This document shows positions 10,044-19,700 of a stretch of 64,000 nt of DNA, piece after piece. The stretch lies in NCBI GenBank assembly GCA_035476275.1, contig DATILR010000440.1, positions 1,284-65,283 on the forward strand, written 5' to 3'. A program made the translations under genes and the position numbers. The notes under the pieces are model-generated. The model saw only the letters and a program-made list of their open reading frames with translations, made no database searches and was not told where the DNA came from. Within the stretch, counting starts at the first letter, position 1. Every line of letters starts with the position of its first letter. This stretch comes from Candidatus Binatus sp. GTDB taxonomy: Bacteria; Desulfobacterota; Binatia; DP-6.

Positions 10044-10244
10044 CCGCTTACCCCCACGCGGTCCGCAGACAGCCGTCCGTGGTGATGCGCCTAGCTGCCG
10101 ATGGTAGCCCGTAGCAACGACAGTCGCACGCAGCGCCATCTGCGGTGTCGGAACCTGGCCATCCACCGAATCAAAGAGGCTCCACTGGCGGATGCTAGGT
10201 CGATCCTCGGTCAACACCAACCCGCCAGAAGCGATCGCCGTGCG

Positions 10245-11360
10245 TCAGCGCGTCCGCCTCGGGAGTCGGGGGGGCCGCGGACCGTGGCGCTCGGCACCGG
10301 CGACGGGAGCATAGTCGAGCTCCCGGCCCTCCCCCACGCACCGGAGCAGGACACCGCCGCGACTCATGTCGCCGCGACCGACGAACGCGGGCGGGAAGAA
10401 GAGCCGGTCGCCGAATATCTCGAGGAGCGGCTCGACGTAGCGGGTGCTGGCCACGCTGCCGAGCAGGACGAAGCGACAGCGCGCGCCGGCGAGTACCCGC
10501 AGGGCCTCCGCGTCGCGGCGCAATGGCTCCAGGTAGCGCGGCTCCGCGGACTTCACCGGGATCTCGGCATAGTGCCGCAGCCGACCGATCGTCACCCGCT
10601 CCGCGGGATCGCGCAGGCCTTCACCCGGCGTGATGACGAACGCGCCGCAGAGACCCGTCGGAGGATGCCCGAAGGCCTGCGCGTAGGTGAGTTTCCCCCG
10701 GAAGTACAGCGAGCTGAGAAAGCTGAAGACCTCGCCGAGTGGCACGCCCGGTCCGCGGCGCAGCTTCAGCGCCAGCGGGAACGTCGAACCGTCGTTGAAG
10801 AGGAGCGCGGCACGCTCGCCGTGCGTGGAGGCGGGTGAAAGAAGGAAGATCGTCCCGGCCGTGTCGTCCTCGCGCTCGCCGTCATACGGCATGAGCTCGA
10901 AGCGACCCCCGTCGGCCCGGACCCCTTCGAGCCGGTCGAAACCCTCGGCCGGGGTCGGACGCTGGAAACGCTTCGCCGCTGCCCGGATCGCCACCTCCGG
11001 CACGCGCTCGCGACCGACGCGACCACCATTGCGGCGCGAGCACTCGGCGATGTCCGTGGCGATGGCGTAGCCCACGACGGCCGCCCCCCGGCGCCGGCCC
11101 GCCTGGATGAGCGCGGCGCGATCCGCGATGGTGGCATTGATGTTGTCCACCGCGACCGAGCGACCCGCGGCGAGGGCTTCATCGATCAGCGCCAGCTGGC
11201 GCTGCTGGCGGTCGCGGCGGTTCCGCATCAGGTCCTTGCTCACGTGAACGTGCGTCGCGGCGAGCCGGGCACGGTAGAAGGTCGTCTTTCCCGCACCCGG
11301 CAGCCCGATCAGGATCACGAGCTCTGGCACGGCTCGGTCCGGGCGCTTCCGCCCACCCAT
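10245..11360 (-). CDS. P-loop kinase-like (AAA_33/polynucleotide-kinase-like) N-terminal domain fused to an uncharacterised about 220-aa C-terminal domain
   Basis: Walker A motif (LIGLPGAGKTTF) in the first 30 aa, followed by an about 150-aa kinase-like fold. The C-terminal half (FLLSPASTHGER...FVGRGDMSRGGVLLR) has no motif I recognise. The start lies 6 nt downstream of the ABC ATPase stop, indicating co-transcription. Confidence 0.7.
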   Translation of the reverse strand: MGGRKRPDRAVPELVILIGLPGAGKTTFYRARLAATHVHVSKDLMRNRRDRQQRQLALIDEALAAGRSVAVDNINATIADRAALIQAGRRRGAAVVGYAIATDIAECSRRNGGRVGRERVPEVAIRAAAKRFQRPTPAEGFDRLEGVRADGGRFELMPYDGEREDDTAGTIFLLSPASTHGERAALLFNDGSTFPLALKLRRGPGVPLGEVFSFLSSLYFRGKLTYAQAFGHPPTGLCGAFVITPGEGLRDPAERVTIGRLRHYAEIPVKSAEPRYLEPLRRDAEALRVLAGARCRFVLLGSVASTRYVEPLLEIFGDRLFFPPAFVGRGDMSRGGVLLRCVGEGRELDYAPVAGAERHGPRPPRLPRRTR

Positions 11361-11366
11361 GTCGCC

Positions 11367-12116
11367 TCAGCGACCGGTGCCGAGGAACGCCAGCGTTTCC
11401 GGCGTACGCGGACGGTCGAGCACCTCCGCCGGCGGCCCGCTCTCCACGATCAGCCCGCCGACCAGCACGGCGAGGCGGTGGGCCACTCGCCGCGCGAAGG
11501 AGAGCTCGTGGGTCACGATCACCATCGTCTGACCTGCCGCCGCCAGATCGGCAATCACGGCCAGCACCTCGCCGACCAGGCGCGGGTCGAGGGCCGACGT
11601 GGGCTCGTCGAGGAGGAGGACGACCGGCTCCATGGCGAGAGCGCGCGCGATGGCGACGCGTTGCTGCTGCCCACCCGAGAGCGTCGATGGGAACGCGTCG
11701 GCGTACCCCGCGAGGCCGACGCGCTCGAGCAGCGCCCGCGCGCGCGACTCGGCCGCGGGGGGCGCGAGCCCGAGCACACGGCGTGGCGCCTCCACGACGT
11801 TGCCGAGCACGCTCAGGTGGGGGAAGAGATGGAAGCTCTGGAACACCATGCCGACGCGCATCCGCACCGCGCGCAGCGCGGCGGCGTCGGCCCGCTCGCA
11901 CATGCCGGGACGGAGGGGATGTCCCGCGATCTCGACCTCGCCGTGGCTGAAGGGCGTCAGATAGTTGAGGGCGCGGAGCAGGGTCGTCTTGCCGCTCCCC
12001 GACGGCCCGAGGATCGCGACCACCTCACCCCGCCGCACCTCGAGGTCGACGCCGTGGAGGACGTCCGCCTCGCCCCGGCGTGCCCGCAGGCCGCGCACTG
12101 CGACGACGGTGCTCAT
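11367..12116 (-). CDS. Polar amino-acid ABC transporter ATP-binding protein (GlnQ/HisP-like)
   Basis: Walker A (GPSGSGKTT), ABC signature (LSGGQQQRVAIARAL), Walker B (LLLDEPTSALD) and H-loop. True start is the ATG at 12116 (MSTVVAVRG); the long upstream extension is an Arg-rich artefact. It overlaps the upstream permease stop by 4 nt. Confidence 0.92.
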   Translation of the reverse strand: MSTVVAVRGLRARRGEADVLHGVDLEVRRGEVVAILGPSGSGKTTLLRALNYLTPFSHGEVEIAGHPLRPGMCERADAAALRAVRMRVGMVFQSFHLFPHLSVLGNVVEAPRRVLGLAPPAAESRARALLERVGLAGYADAFPSTLSGGQQQRVAIARALAMEPVVLLLDEPTSALDPRLVGEVLAVIADLAAAGQTMVIVTHELSFARRVAHRLAVLVGGLIVESGPPAEVLDRPRTPETLAFLGTGR

Positions 12117-13699
12117 GCGGGCGCGGGCGCCAGCCGCCGCTCGAGCCGGCGCGCGAGACGCGCCAGCGGATAGCTCATCGCGAGGTAGAGGGCGGCACAG
12201 AGAAGCCCGGGGGCGAGCCAGCCGCGGACATCCACCGCGGTGATCGTCATCTGCTTGGTCAGCTCGACGACCGTGATGACGGAGACGAGCGAGGAGTCCT
12301 TCAGGAGCGCGATGAAGTCGTTCGCCATGCCCGGGAGCGCGATCCGCAGCGCCTGCGGCAGCACGATGCGCCGGAGCGCCAGCCGACGCGACATGCCGAG
12401 GGCGAGCGCCGCCTCCGTCTGTCCGACGGGGATCGCGTCGAGCCCCGCGCGATAGAGCTCGGATTCGTAGGCGGCATAGTTGAGGCCCAGGCCTACGACG
12501 GCGGCCGTGAAGGCATCCAGGGTGAGGAGCGGGGCGAGACCGTAATAGATGACGTAGAGCTGGAGCAGGACGGGGGTGCCGCGGAACACCTCGACGTACG
12601 TGCCGGCCGCCGCCCGCCACATGGGGCGCCCGAAGCGGCGCGCGAGACAGAGGCCGAGGCCACCCAGCACGGCGAGGGCCATGGCGAGGACGGAGACCAC
12701 GATCGTCAGCCCCGCACCGCGGAGGAAGAGCGGCAGGTGCGCGAGCGTGAGCCCCTCGCGCACTCCGGGATCCGTCGGGGCTGGCGCCCTCGCGCCGAGT
12801 CCCTCCTGACGGGCGTCCCAGAGGTTCCAGCGCGTGAGGATGGCACGCAGCTCGCCGTCGCTGCGCAGTGACGTGAGCGCGCCGTCCACCGCGGCCAGGA
12901 GCTCCGGCTCGTCGGGACGGAGCGCGATCGCGTAGACGCCCTCCCCCACCGTCCCCGCCTCACGCAGCGTCGGTCGTGGGAGGCCGTAGCGAGCGGCGAT
13001 GATGTTGTCGAGCACGACGGCGGCGAGTCGCCCGCGCTCGAGATCGAGATACGGCTCCTCGACGCCCTCGTAGAGCACCACGTCGACCCCCGGCCCCGCG
13101 CGGAGCAGATCATAGGCGAGCGAGCCCTCGAGCGTCCCGACCCGCCGGCCGCGCAGGTCGTCCAGCCCGTGGATCCCGTCCGCCCCGACACGCGGCACCA
13201 CGAGCGTCTCGGTGAACGCGTAGTACGGCTGCGAGAAGGCGACGCGAGCGCGCCGCGCCGCGGTCACCTCGATGCCGTTCATCGCCACGTCGAAGTCACC
13301 CCGCTCGAGCGACGGGACCAGCGTCTGCCAGTCGTTCTGCACGAATTCCGCACGCACGCCGAGCCGCCGCGCGAGGCCGTCGGCGATCTCGACCTCGAAC
13401 CCGGTGAGCCCCGATCCCGGCCGCAGATCCTGGAAGACGTACGGCTCGCCCCCCTGCACGTCGCCCCCCCACCGCAACGTCCCCCGGGCCCGCAAGCGTG
13501 CCAGCGCATCGGCACGCGGCACGCGCGCGCAAGCCGCCAACGAGATCCCGCCGACGACCGCGAGCGCCGCAATGAACGCTACTCGTTTCGTGGCGTCCGC
13601 TTTACCGGACGGGCAAAGAGGCGGCAAGAATTTCCAGGTTTTCTCGCCCCCTCGGCCGCGTCCCGCCCTCGTGCTATGAGCGCCCGCATGCGAGCTCAC
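12113..13699 (-). CDS. Fused periplasmic substrate-binding domain plus permease of a polar amino-acid ABC transporter (start uncertain)
   Basis: The N-terminal half matches a family-3 solute-binding protein (GFEVEIADGLARRLGV...DVAMNGI). The C-terminal half matches a HisM/GlnP-type permease with the EAA-like loop (AALALGMSRRLALRRIVLPQALR). A lipoprotein-type signal (KRVAFIAALAVVGGISLAAC) is present, but no canonical start codon precedes it. The GTG at 13699 is the nearest in-frame start. Confidence 0.8.
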   Translation of the reverse strand: MSSHAGAHSTRAGRGRGGEKTWKFLPPLCPSGKADATKRVAFIAALAVVGGISLAACARVPRADALARLRARGTLRWGGDVQGGEPYVFQDLRPGSGLTGFEVEIADGLARRLGVRAEFVQNDWQTLVPSLERGDFDVAMNGIEVTAARRARVAFSQPYYAFTETLVVPRVGADGIHGLDDLRGRRVGTLEGSLAYDLLRAGPGVDVVLYEGVEEPYLDLERGRLAAVVLDNIIAARYGLPRPTLREAGTVGEGVYAIALRPDEPELLAAVDGALTSLRSDGELRAILTRWNLWDARQEGLGARAPAPTDPGVREGLTLAHLPLFLRGAGLTIVVSVLAMALAVLGGLGLCLARRFGRPMWRAAAGTYVEVFRGTPVLLQLYVIYYGLAPLLTLDAFTAAVVGLGLNYAAYESELYRAGLDAIPVGQTEAALALGMSRRLALRRIVLPQALRIALPGMANDFIALLKDSSLVSVITVVELTKQMTITAVDVRGWLAPGLLCAALYLAMSYPLARLARRLERRLAPAPA

Positions 13700-14590
13700 C
13701 GAATGGCGCGGGCGGCCGTCGTCATCGCCCTCTTCTGTCCCCCGCTGGCCAGGGCCGGCGATGCAACCGGCGCCTTCACGCCCTACGAGGACATCCTCGA
13801 GGTCGTCGCCGACCTCACCTGGCACCTCCACGACGACATCTACCGCTTCCCGGCGCCCAAGGATCCGACCGGTCACGACCTCTACCGGCTGTCGCTGGAA
13901 CGGCTCCAGAGCTGGGAGACGCGCTACCCGGGGAGGCTGCACGACGTGACATCCTTCGCCCGGGGCGAGGTGCTCGAGCGTCTGGGCGCATACAACGCCG
14001 CGGGCAAGGCCTACCGCGAGGCCGCCGAGGTTCCTTCGCCGCTCGCCGATCGGGCGCGCGAGGCTGCAGCGCGGAGCGACGTCTTCGCCGACGCCGCCGC
14101 GCTGCCCGAGGAGGGCACCGACCTCGACGGCACGCTCGGGGCGCTCCGCAAGAAGCTCGACGTATGGGCAACGGTGATCACCCGCTACAAGGGTACGCCC
14201 TCGGAGCCGCTCGCGCTGATCGAGGAGGAGCGGCTCGAGCGGCGTGCTGCCGAGCTCGTGGTGGCGAACCGCGCCGCCCTCGAGGACGGCACCACGGGAG
14301 CGGAGCGCGCGCTCCGTTTCCTCGTCCAGAAGCACGCCGACTCGAAGAACCTCCCCGCGCACGTCCTTCGCCTGGGCGACTTCTACGCCGACCTGGCGCG
14401 CGACTACGTCAGCGAGCACGAGCGCCCGCTCGGCTTCGACGAGGACGAGTTCATCCACCGCGCCGACCGCGCCCTCGAGACCTACCGAAAAGTCGCCACC
14501 TGGGACGGCGCCCGCGAGAAGCCCGAGGCGCTCGGCCGGTTCGCGGCGCTCGACGCCTACAAGACGGCCGTGCTCGCACGCTACCGCTGA
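13676..14590 (+). CDS. Hypothetical secreted alpha-helical protein (304 aa)
   Basis: N-terminal Arg-rich n-region plus hydrophobic signal (MARAAVVIALFCPPLARAGDA). No recognisable domain. Its stop overlaps the next start (TGATG). Confidence 0.55.
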   Translation: MSARMRAHRMARAAVVIALFCPPLARAGDATGAFTPYEDILEVVADLTWHLHDDIYRFPAPKDPTGHDLYRLSLERLQSWETRYPGRLHDVTSFARGEVLERLGAYNAAGKAYREAAEVPSPLADRAREAAARSDVFADAAALPEEGTDLDGTLGALRKKLDVWATVITRYKGTPSEPLALIEEERLERRAAELVVANRAALEDGTTGAERALRFLVQKHADSKNLPAHVLRLGDFYADLARDYVSEHERPLGFDEDEFIHRADRALETYRKVATWDGAREKPEALGRFAALDAYKTAVLARYR

Positions 14591-16701
14591 TGCGGAGCTT
14601 CATCATCGCCGGTCTCCTGCTGGCGCTCGCGCCGGCGGTACCCGCCGCCGACCTCCTCGGGGAGGCGGTGGAGGCCGACACTGCCGTCGGCGACCAGGTG
14701 CGCGCCCTCCTCACCGACGCGTTCGTCGAGGACCGGGACGCCCTCGACGCCGACGTCGAGGCCCTCGCCGCCCGCGATGACGACCGCCAGGCAGCCGGCC
14801 TCGCGCGGACGGGCCTCACCGACGACGCCCGCTATCTCGCCGCGGCCCTCGCACCGACACGCGATGCGCGCCGCACGGCCCTCACCGAGCTGCTCGACAC
14901 CCATCCCGACCCGCTCGTCCGGCGTCTGGCGGAGTTCCATCTGGAGACCGACGACGCCGAGGCGGCCAACCGCCTGCTGGCCGACGATCGCCACAACCGT
15001 CGCGCCGCGGTGGTGAACGACGCCGTGCGACCACTCGGCGTGTTCTCGGGCACGGCCTTCCTCGCCGCGCTGAATCCCATTCTCCTGGCCGGCAGCGTTG
15101 TCGACAGCGTCGTCACGACGGCCGTCAACCTCTGGCACTACAACCGCCTGTCCAGCCCGGAGCGCGAGGCGCTCGCCCGCTACGGAACCCTCCTCGAGCG
15201 CGAGCCCGACACGCGCGACGCGCCCGAGATCGCCCGCGCCATCCGGCGTCTGGGCCCGAAACGGGCGGCCGCACTCTGCACCGAGACGGCCACCCTCGGC
15301 ACGAAGGCACTCGACTCGCACGACCTCGATCACGCCGCCTTCTATCTCCACGACGCCGAGCGCCTCGACGGCTGCGCCGACAAGGTCGAGCGGCCGCTCG
15401 AGCACCTGACGGACGAGCTGGCCACGCATCGCGCCCGGGAGGAAGCCGGCCGGTGGCCCGTCGAGCAGCCACCGGAGCCCGAGCCCGGCCCCGAGGCGAT
15501 GGACTATCACGACGTCGCGGTGGCCACCGCGCTGGGCGAGCCCGGGGCGATGATCGAGACCGCGGCCCGCTTCCGGAACCGGCATCCGGAGAGTCCGTTC
15601 GACGCTTCGTCGGCCTACGTGATCGCCGTCGCCCGGGACCTGGCGGGTCATCGCGACGCAGGGCGAGAGGCACTGTCGGAGGTCGCCGGTCGCGACGCCT
15701 CGGTCGGACGCCATGCCGCCGCCGTCCTCGCCAGCGCGGACTACGACGGGCTCGAGGCGATGCGTGAGGCCGAGCGCCGCCATGCCCGCGACGTCACCCG
15801 TTTCGTTCTCCTCGGCGGGAACCTGGACGGACGGAGCGCGGTCTACACGGCCACGCAGCTCGGCGCGGACGGCCTGCGGGCGGCGCAAACCGTCGGGATG
15901 TTCAACGTCGTGGGTCTGCTCAGCCGCGCGTGGCAGGCGTGGCGCCACGACCCCGCGTCGAACCAGGCGATCATCGATCGGGGCGAGGAGTTCCTCGCCC
16001 GCGACCCGCAGTCACCCGACGCGCCGGCAGTTCACCTGAGTCTGGCCGACGCGTACGAGCGAGCGGGGGTCTACGGTCGGGCCCTCATGCACTACCGCGC
16101 CACGCCCGAGCCGAGTGACGCGCGGGTCGCGCGGCTCGAGCGCAAGATGGCCGACCAGCTGCTCACGGAAGCCGAGCGCGGCAGTGGGAACCCCGCGCTC
16201 CTCGAGGGCATCGTGCAGCACTTCGGCGCGACGCCCGCCGCGGAGAAGGCCCGCAAGCGGCTCGCCGAGCGACCGAACGAGGGTGAGGTCGTGCTCGACC
16301 GCGATCTCCTGCGTGATCACCCGGAACTCCTCGGCCCCGACGCCCTCGATCTCGACCCCCAGCTCCTCGACGGTGACCGGGCGAACGGCGAGATCGCCGA
16401 AAGCGGCGTGACGCTGGCGGGCGGAGAGCTCCGGCTGATGCTCGAGAACGTCGAGGGCTCCGGTCAACATCTCGACACGCGGAGCCTGGCCGCGGACGCC
16501 TACACGCGCGCGCGCGCCGCCGCGAGGGAAGCCCTCTATGCCCAGCGTCTCACTGCCGATCGTCGCAACCCCGAGGTCGGACGCTTCGAGCGTTACATCC
16601 CCATCTATCTGCAGGGCAGCTTCGGCGACGACGGCGTCGCCGTCTATCCCGGCGTCAAGTCGCGGCACTATCAATCGGAGGACCAGGAGCTCTATCAGTG
16701 A
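14590..16701 (+). CDS. Hypothetical secreted acidic Ala/Asp/Arg-rich helical protein (703 aa)
   Basis: Signal peptide (MRSFIIAGLLLALAPAVPAADLLG). Long helical, TPR-like composition. Translationally coupled to the upstream gene. Confidence 0.55.
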   Translation: MRSFIIAGLLLALAPAVPAADLLGEAVEADTAVGDQVRALLTDAFVEDRDALDADVEALAARDDDRQAAGLARTGLTDDARYLAAALAPTRDARRTALTELLDTHPDPLVRRLAEFHLETDDAEAANRLLADDRHNRRAAVVNDAVRPLGVFSGTAFLAALNPILLAGSVVDSVVTTAVNLWHYNRLSSPEREALARYGTLLEREPDTRDAPEIARAIRRLGPKRAAALCTETATLGTKALDSHDLDHAAFYLHDAERLDGCADKVERPLEHLTDELATHRAREEAGRWPVEQPPEPEPGPEAMDYHDVAVATALGEPGAMIETAARFRNRHPESPFDASSAYVIAVARDLAGHRDAGREALSEVAGRDASVGRHAAAVLASADYDGLEAMREAERRHARDVTRFVLLGGNLDGRSAVYTATQLGADGLRAAQTVGMFNVVGLLSRAWQAWRHDPASNQAIIDRGEEFLARDPQSPDAPAVHLSLADAYERAGVYGRALMHYRATPEPSDARVARLERKMADQLLTEAERGSGNPALLEGIVQHFGATPAAEKARKRLAERPNEGEVVLDRDLLRDHPELLGPDALDLDPQLLDGDRANGEIAESGVTLAGGELRLMLENVEGSGQHLDTRSLAADAYTRARAAAREALYAQRLTADRRNPEVGRFERYIPIYLQGSFGDDGVAVYPGVKSRHYQSEDQELYQ

Positions 16702-19700
16702 GCTCCCGTCCCCAGCAGCGACCGGCATACCCGCAGCCGAGCTGCTCGCAAACGGGTCGCGCCGGCGGTCGCTTCGGGAACGCGGTCGGAGCGCCCGACG
16801 CCCTCGCCGCCCCGAGCGCCACACCCGCCTCGACCAGCGCCTCCACCTGGGCCTCGGCGTCGAGCGGGGGTAGCGTCCGCACCGCCGGTCCGTCGCGCAG
16901 GAAGACGAGCTCTCCGGCCGCGTCGGCCGCCACCGCCAGCCGGTACGCGGCCAGCTGGTCGGCGTACGCGGCGACGGCAGCGTCGCTCGGCGTCGCGTAC
17001 TTGTAGTCGCGCACGAGCGGGACGCTGCCCCGCCGGCCCAGCACGTCGATCCGCCCCTGCAGGAAGACGCGGGGCTGCCGACGCGGGAGCGGGAGCACGA
17101 AGGGCACCTCGCGGCCGACGATCTCGAGCCCGGCCCGCAGCTCTGCGCCGAGCGTCGCCACGGCCGCGCACAGGTCGGCGGCGAGCCGGGCGCGTTCGCC
17201 CGGCCGGAGGAGTGGTATCTCGGGACGCGCCGCGACCTCGCGCTCGACGTCGGCATCGCCCGCCGTGGCGAGGTCGATCGCCTCGAGCACGCCGTGTGCG
17301 GCCGTGCCGAGGAGCGTCGCGCGGGTCCCTCCCGTACCCCGCTCCGGGAGCCCGATCACGTGGCGATACCAGAACTGCCGGGGGCAGCGGCGGAAGTCGG
17401 CCAGCGCGGTCGGGCTCGTCACCACCTCCACCGGGGCGGGCGGTCTGAAATCGAGGACCCGCGCCACGAGCGCCCGCTCCACGTCCGTCGCCGGTGCCTC
17501 GACGGGCGCCGGATCGCCGGGCGGCTCGCTCCTCCGACGTTCCAGGTAGCCGGCCGCCGCGACGACTCGGACCGCCCCCCCGCCCGGCACCGGCAGGACG
17601 GTCTCCGCCTCGTTACCGGCAACGAAGGCGCGGAGCGGCTCGCGGCCGAGCAGGTCCCAGATCTGATGGCACCAGACGTGGCGATCGCCCTCGCCCGATG
17701 CGAGATAGCGGTTCTGTCCCTTGCCCTCGAGGAGCACCAGCTCGTCTCGCGCCCGCGTACCGGCGACGTAGAGAAGCCGCGCGTGCTCGGCCCGCGTCCG
17801 ATTCCACGCGCGCGCGCGGTAGGCCTCCAGTCGTGCCTGGCTCTGCGGATGGAGCCCCGCGCCCGCCACCGGCGCCACCAGCACACCCAGATCCTCGTCG
17901 ATCACCGCGGTGTCATTGTCGCGCTCGAGGCGACGCCCGAGGTCCACCAGGACGACGACCGGGAACTCGAGCCCCTTCGCCTGGTGGATGGTCATCATGC
18001 GGACGACGTCGTCCTGCTCCCCCACCAGCTGCGCCTCGGGCTCCCGGGGCTGTCGCTCCCCGAGGTCCTCCACCAGCGCCACGAAGTCGCGCAGCGTGAA
18101 GAAGCGCCGCCGCTCGGCGTCGCGCGCCAGCTCGATGAGCTTGCGCACGTTCGCCACCTTCTGCGCGCCCTGGAACTGGGTCAGGCAGACGGCCTCGAAG
18201 TCGGTCGCGGCGAGCGCCTCGGTGAGGAGGTCGGCGATCGTCGCCCGGCTGCGCAGCGCGCGCAGCCGCCGGAGGAGATCACGGATCACGACCAGGCGTG
18301 GGGCCGCGTCGCCCAGGTCGGCGAATGTCTCGCTGGCACCGAAGCGGCGCGTGAGCGCGGGACGTTCGGCGCCGGCGGGCCAGGCGAGGCGTGCCAGCAG
18401 CGCGTCGTCGAGGGCGAAGAACGGCGACCGCAGCACGGCCGCGAGCGCCACCCCGTTGCGCGCATCGGCGATCGTCGCGAGCAGGCTGGCGACATCGCGC
18501 ACCTCCTGGCACTGGAAGAAGCCGCGGCCCTTCACCACGTAGTGCGGGATGGCGCTCCGCCGGAGCGCGTATTCGTACGCCTTCACCTGGTCCAGGGCGC
18601 GGAAGAGGACCGCGATGTCGCCGTAGCGAACCGGTTGGTCGGCGCGCTCATGGAGCTCCGTGATCACGCCGGCCAGCACCCGTGCCTCGAGCTCTCGCGC
18701 CTCCGCCGCCGAGAGCGCGCGCCGGGCGTGCTCGCGTGCGAAGGTGACCAGCGAGACGCTCGGGCGCGTCGATGTCGCGCTCCGATCCGCGACCAGCCGG
18801 TGCTCCGGATCGAACACCGTCCAGTGGTCACGATCCGGATCCGGGATCTCGGCGGGGACCTGCATCGTGGCGGCGGCGAGCGCGTTCACGAAGTCGAGGA
18901 CGCCAGGCACCGAGCGGAAGTTCCGCCCGAGCGGGAGCTCACCGCCGAGACGTTCCCGGGCGCGGCGGAAGACGGTCACGTCCGCGCCACGAAAGCCGTA
19001 GATCGACTGCTTCTCGTCGCCCACCAGGAAGAGCGGAACGCCCGGCCGGGCGAGCTGCTCGATCACCTCGGCCTGCACGGCGTCGGTGTCCTGGAACTCG
19101 TCCACCAGGATGGCGCGTAGCTCGCGCGCGTACCGCGCGCCGACGGCGGGATGGGTGACGAGGAGCGCCCGCGCCTCGGCGATGAGATCGTCGAAGGTGA
19201 GAACGCCGTCCACACGCTTGCGCTCGCGGAGCGCGGCGCCGAGCGCCGCCAGGAGCCCGGTCAGCCGGCGAGCCGGCGCGAGCGCGGCGAGGAAGCCGGA
19301 CTCCTCGGCCAACACGCCGCGGAGCCGGAGGCCGTCGAGCCTGAGATCGTCCCGCACGCTGGCCAGGCGAGCCCCGCCGAGCAGGCGGCATAGATCCTCG
19401 AGCCGATTCGTCTCGACCGCTTCCCTCGGCGTGCCCGCCCGACCCATCCCGTCCAGCATCGCTTCCAGCGGCGGCCAGGCCTCTCGGAGACGCGCCATGC
19501 CGGGCGTGTCGCGCGGCGTGCCGAGGGCCGTTCCCACGTGTACGGCGATGCGCGCCGCCGCTTCCCGCACGCCCTCGGTGGCGGCCGGCGCGAGGGCCTC
19601 CTGGCGCTCGAGCGCGGCGGCGAGCCAGGCTTCGTCGCGTCCCATCCGACCGAGCGAGGCGAGCAGCCGGACCGAGACGCCGACCGCTCCTCCCTGGCGA

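Noticed and set aside
17294-19120. 608-aa plus-strand ORF and several 100-400-aa ORFs across addA/addB (e.g. 18939-20189, 20005-21093, 21172-23013)
   Set aside because: They overlap the AddA/AddB reading frames on the opposite strand or in alternative frames. They have Arg/Pro/Gly-dominated low-complexity composition and no motifs.
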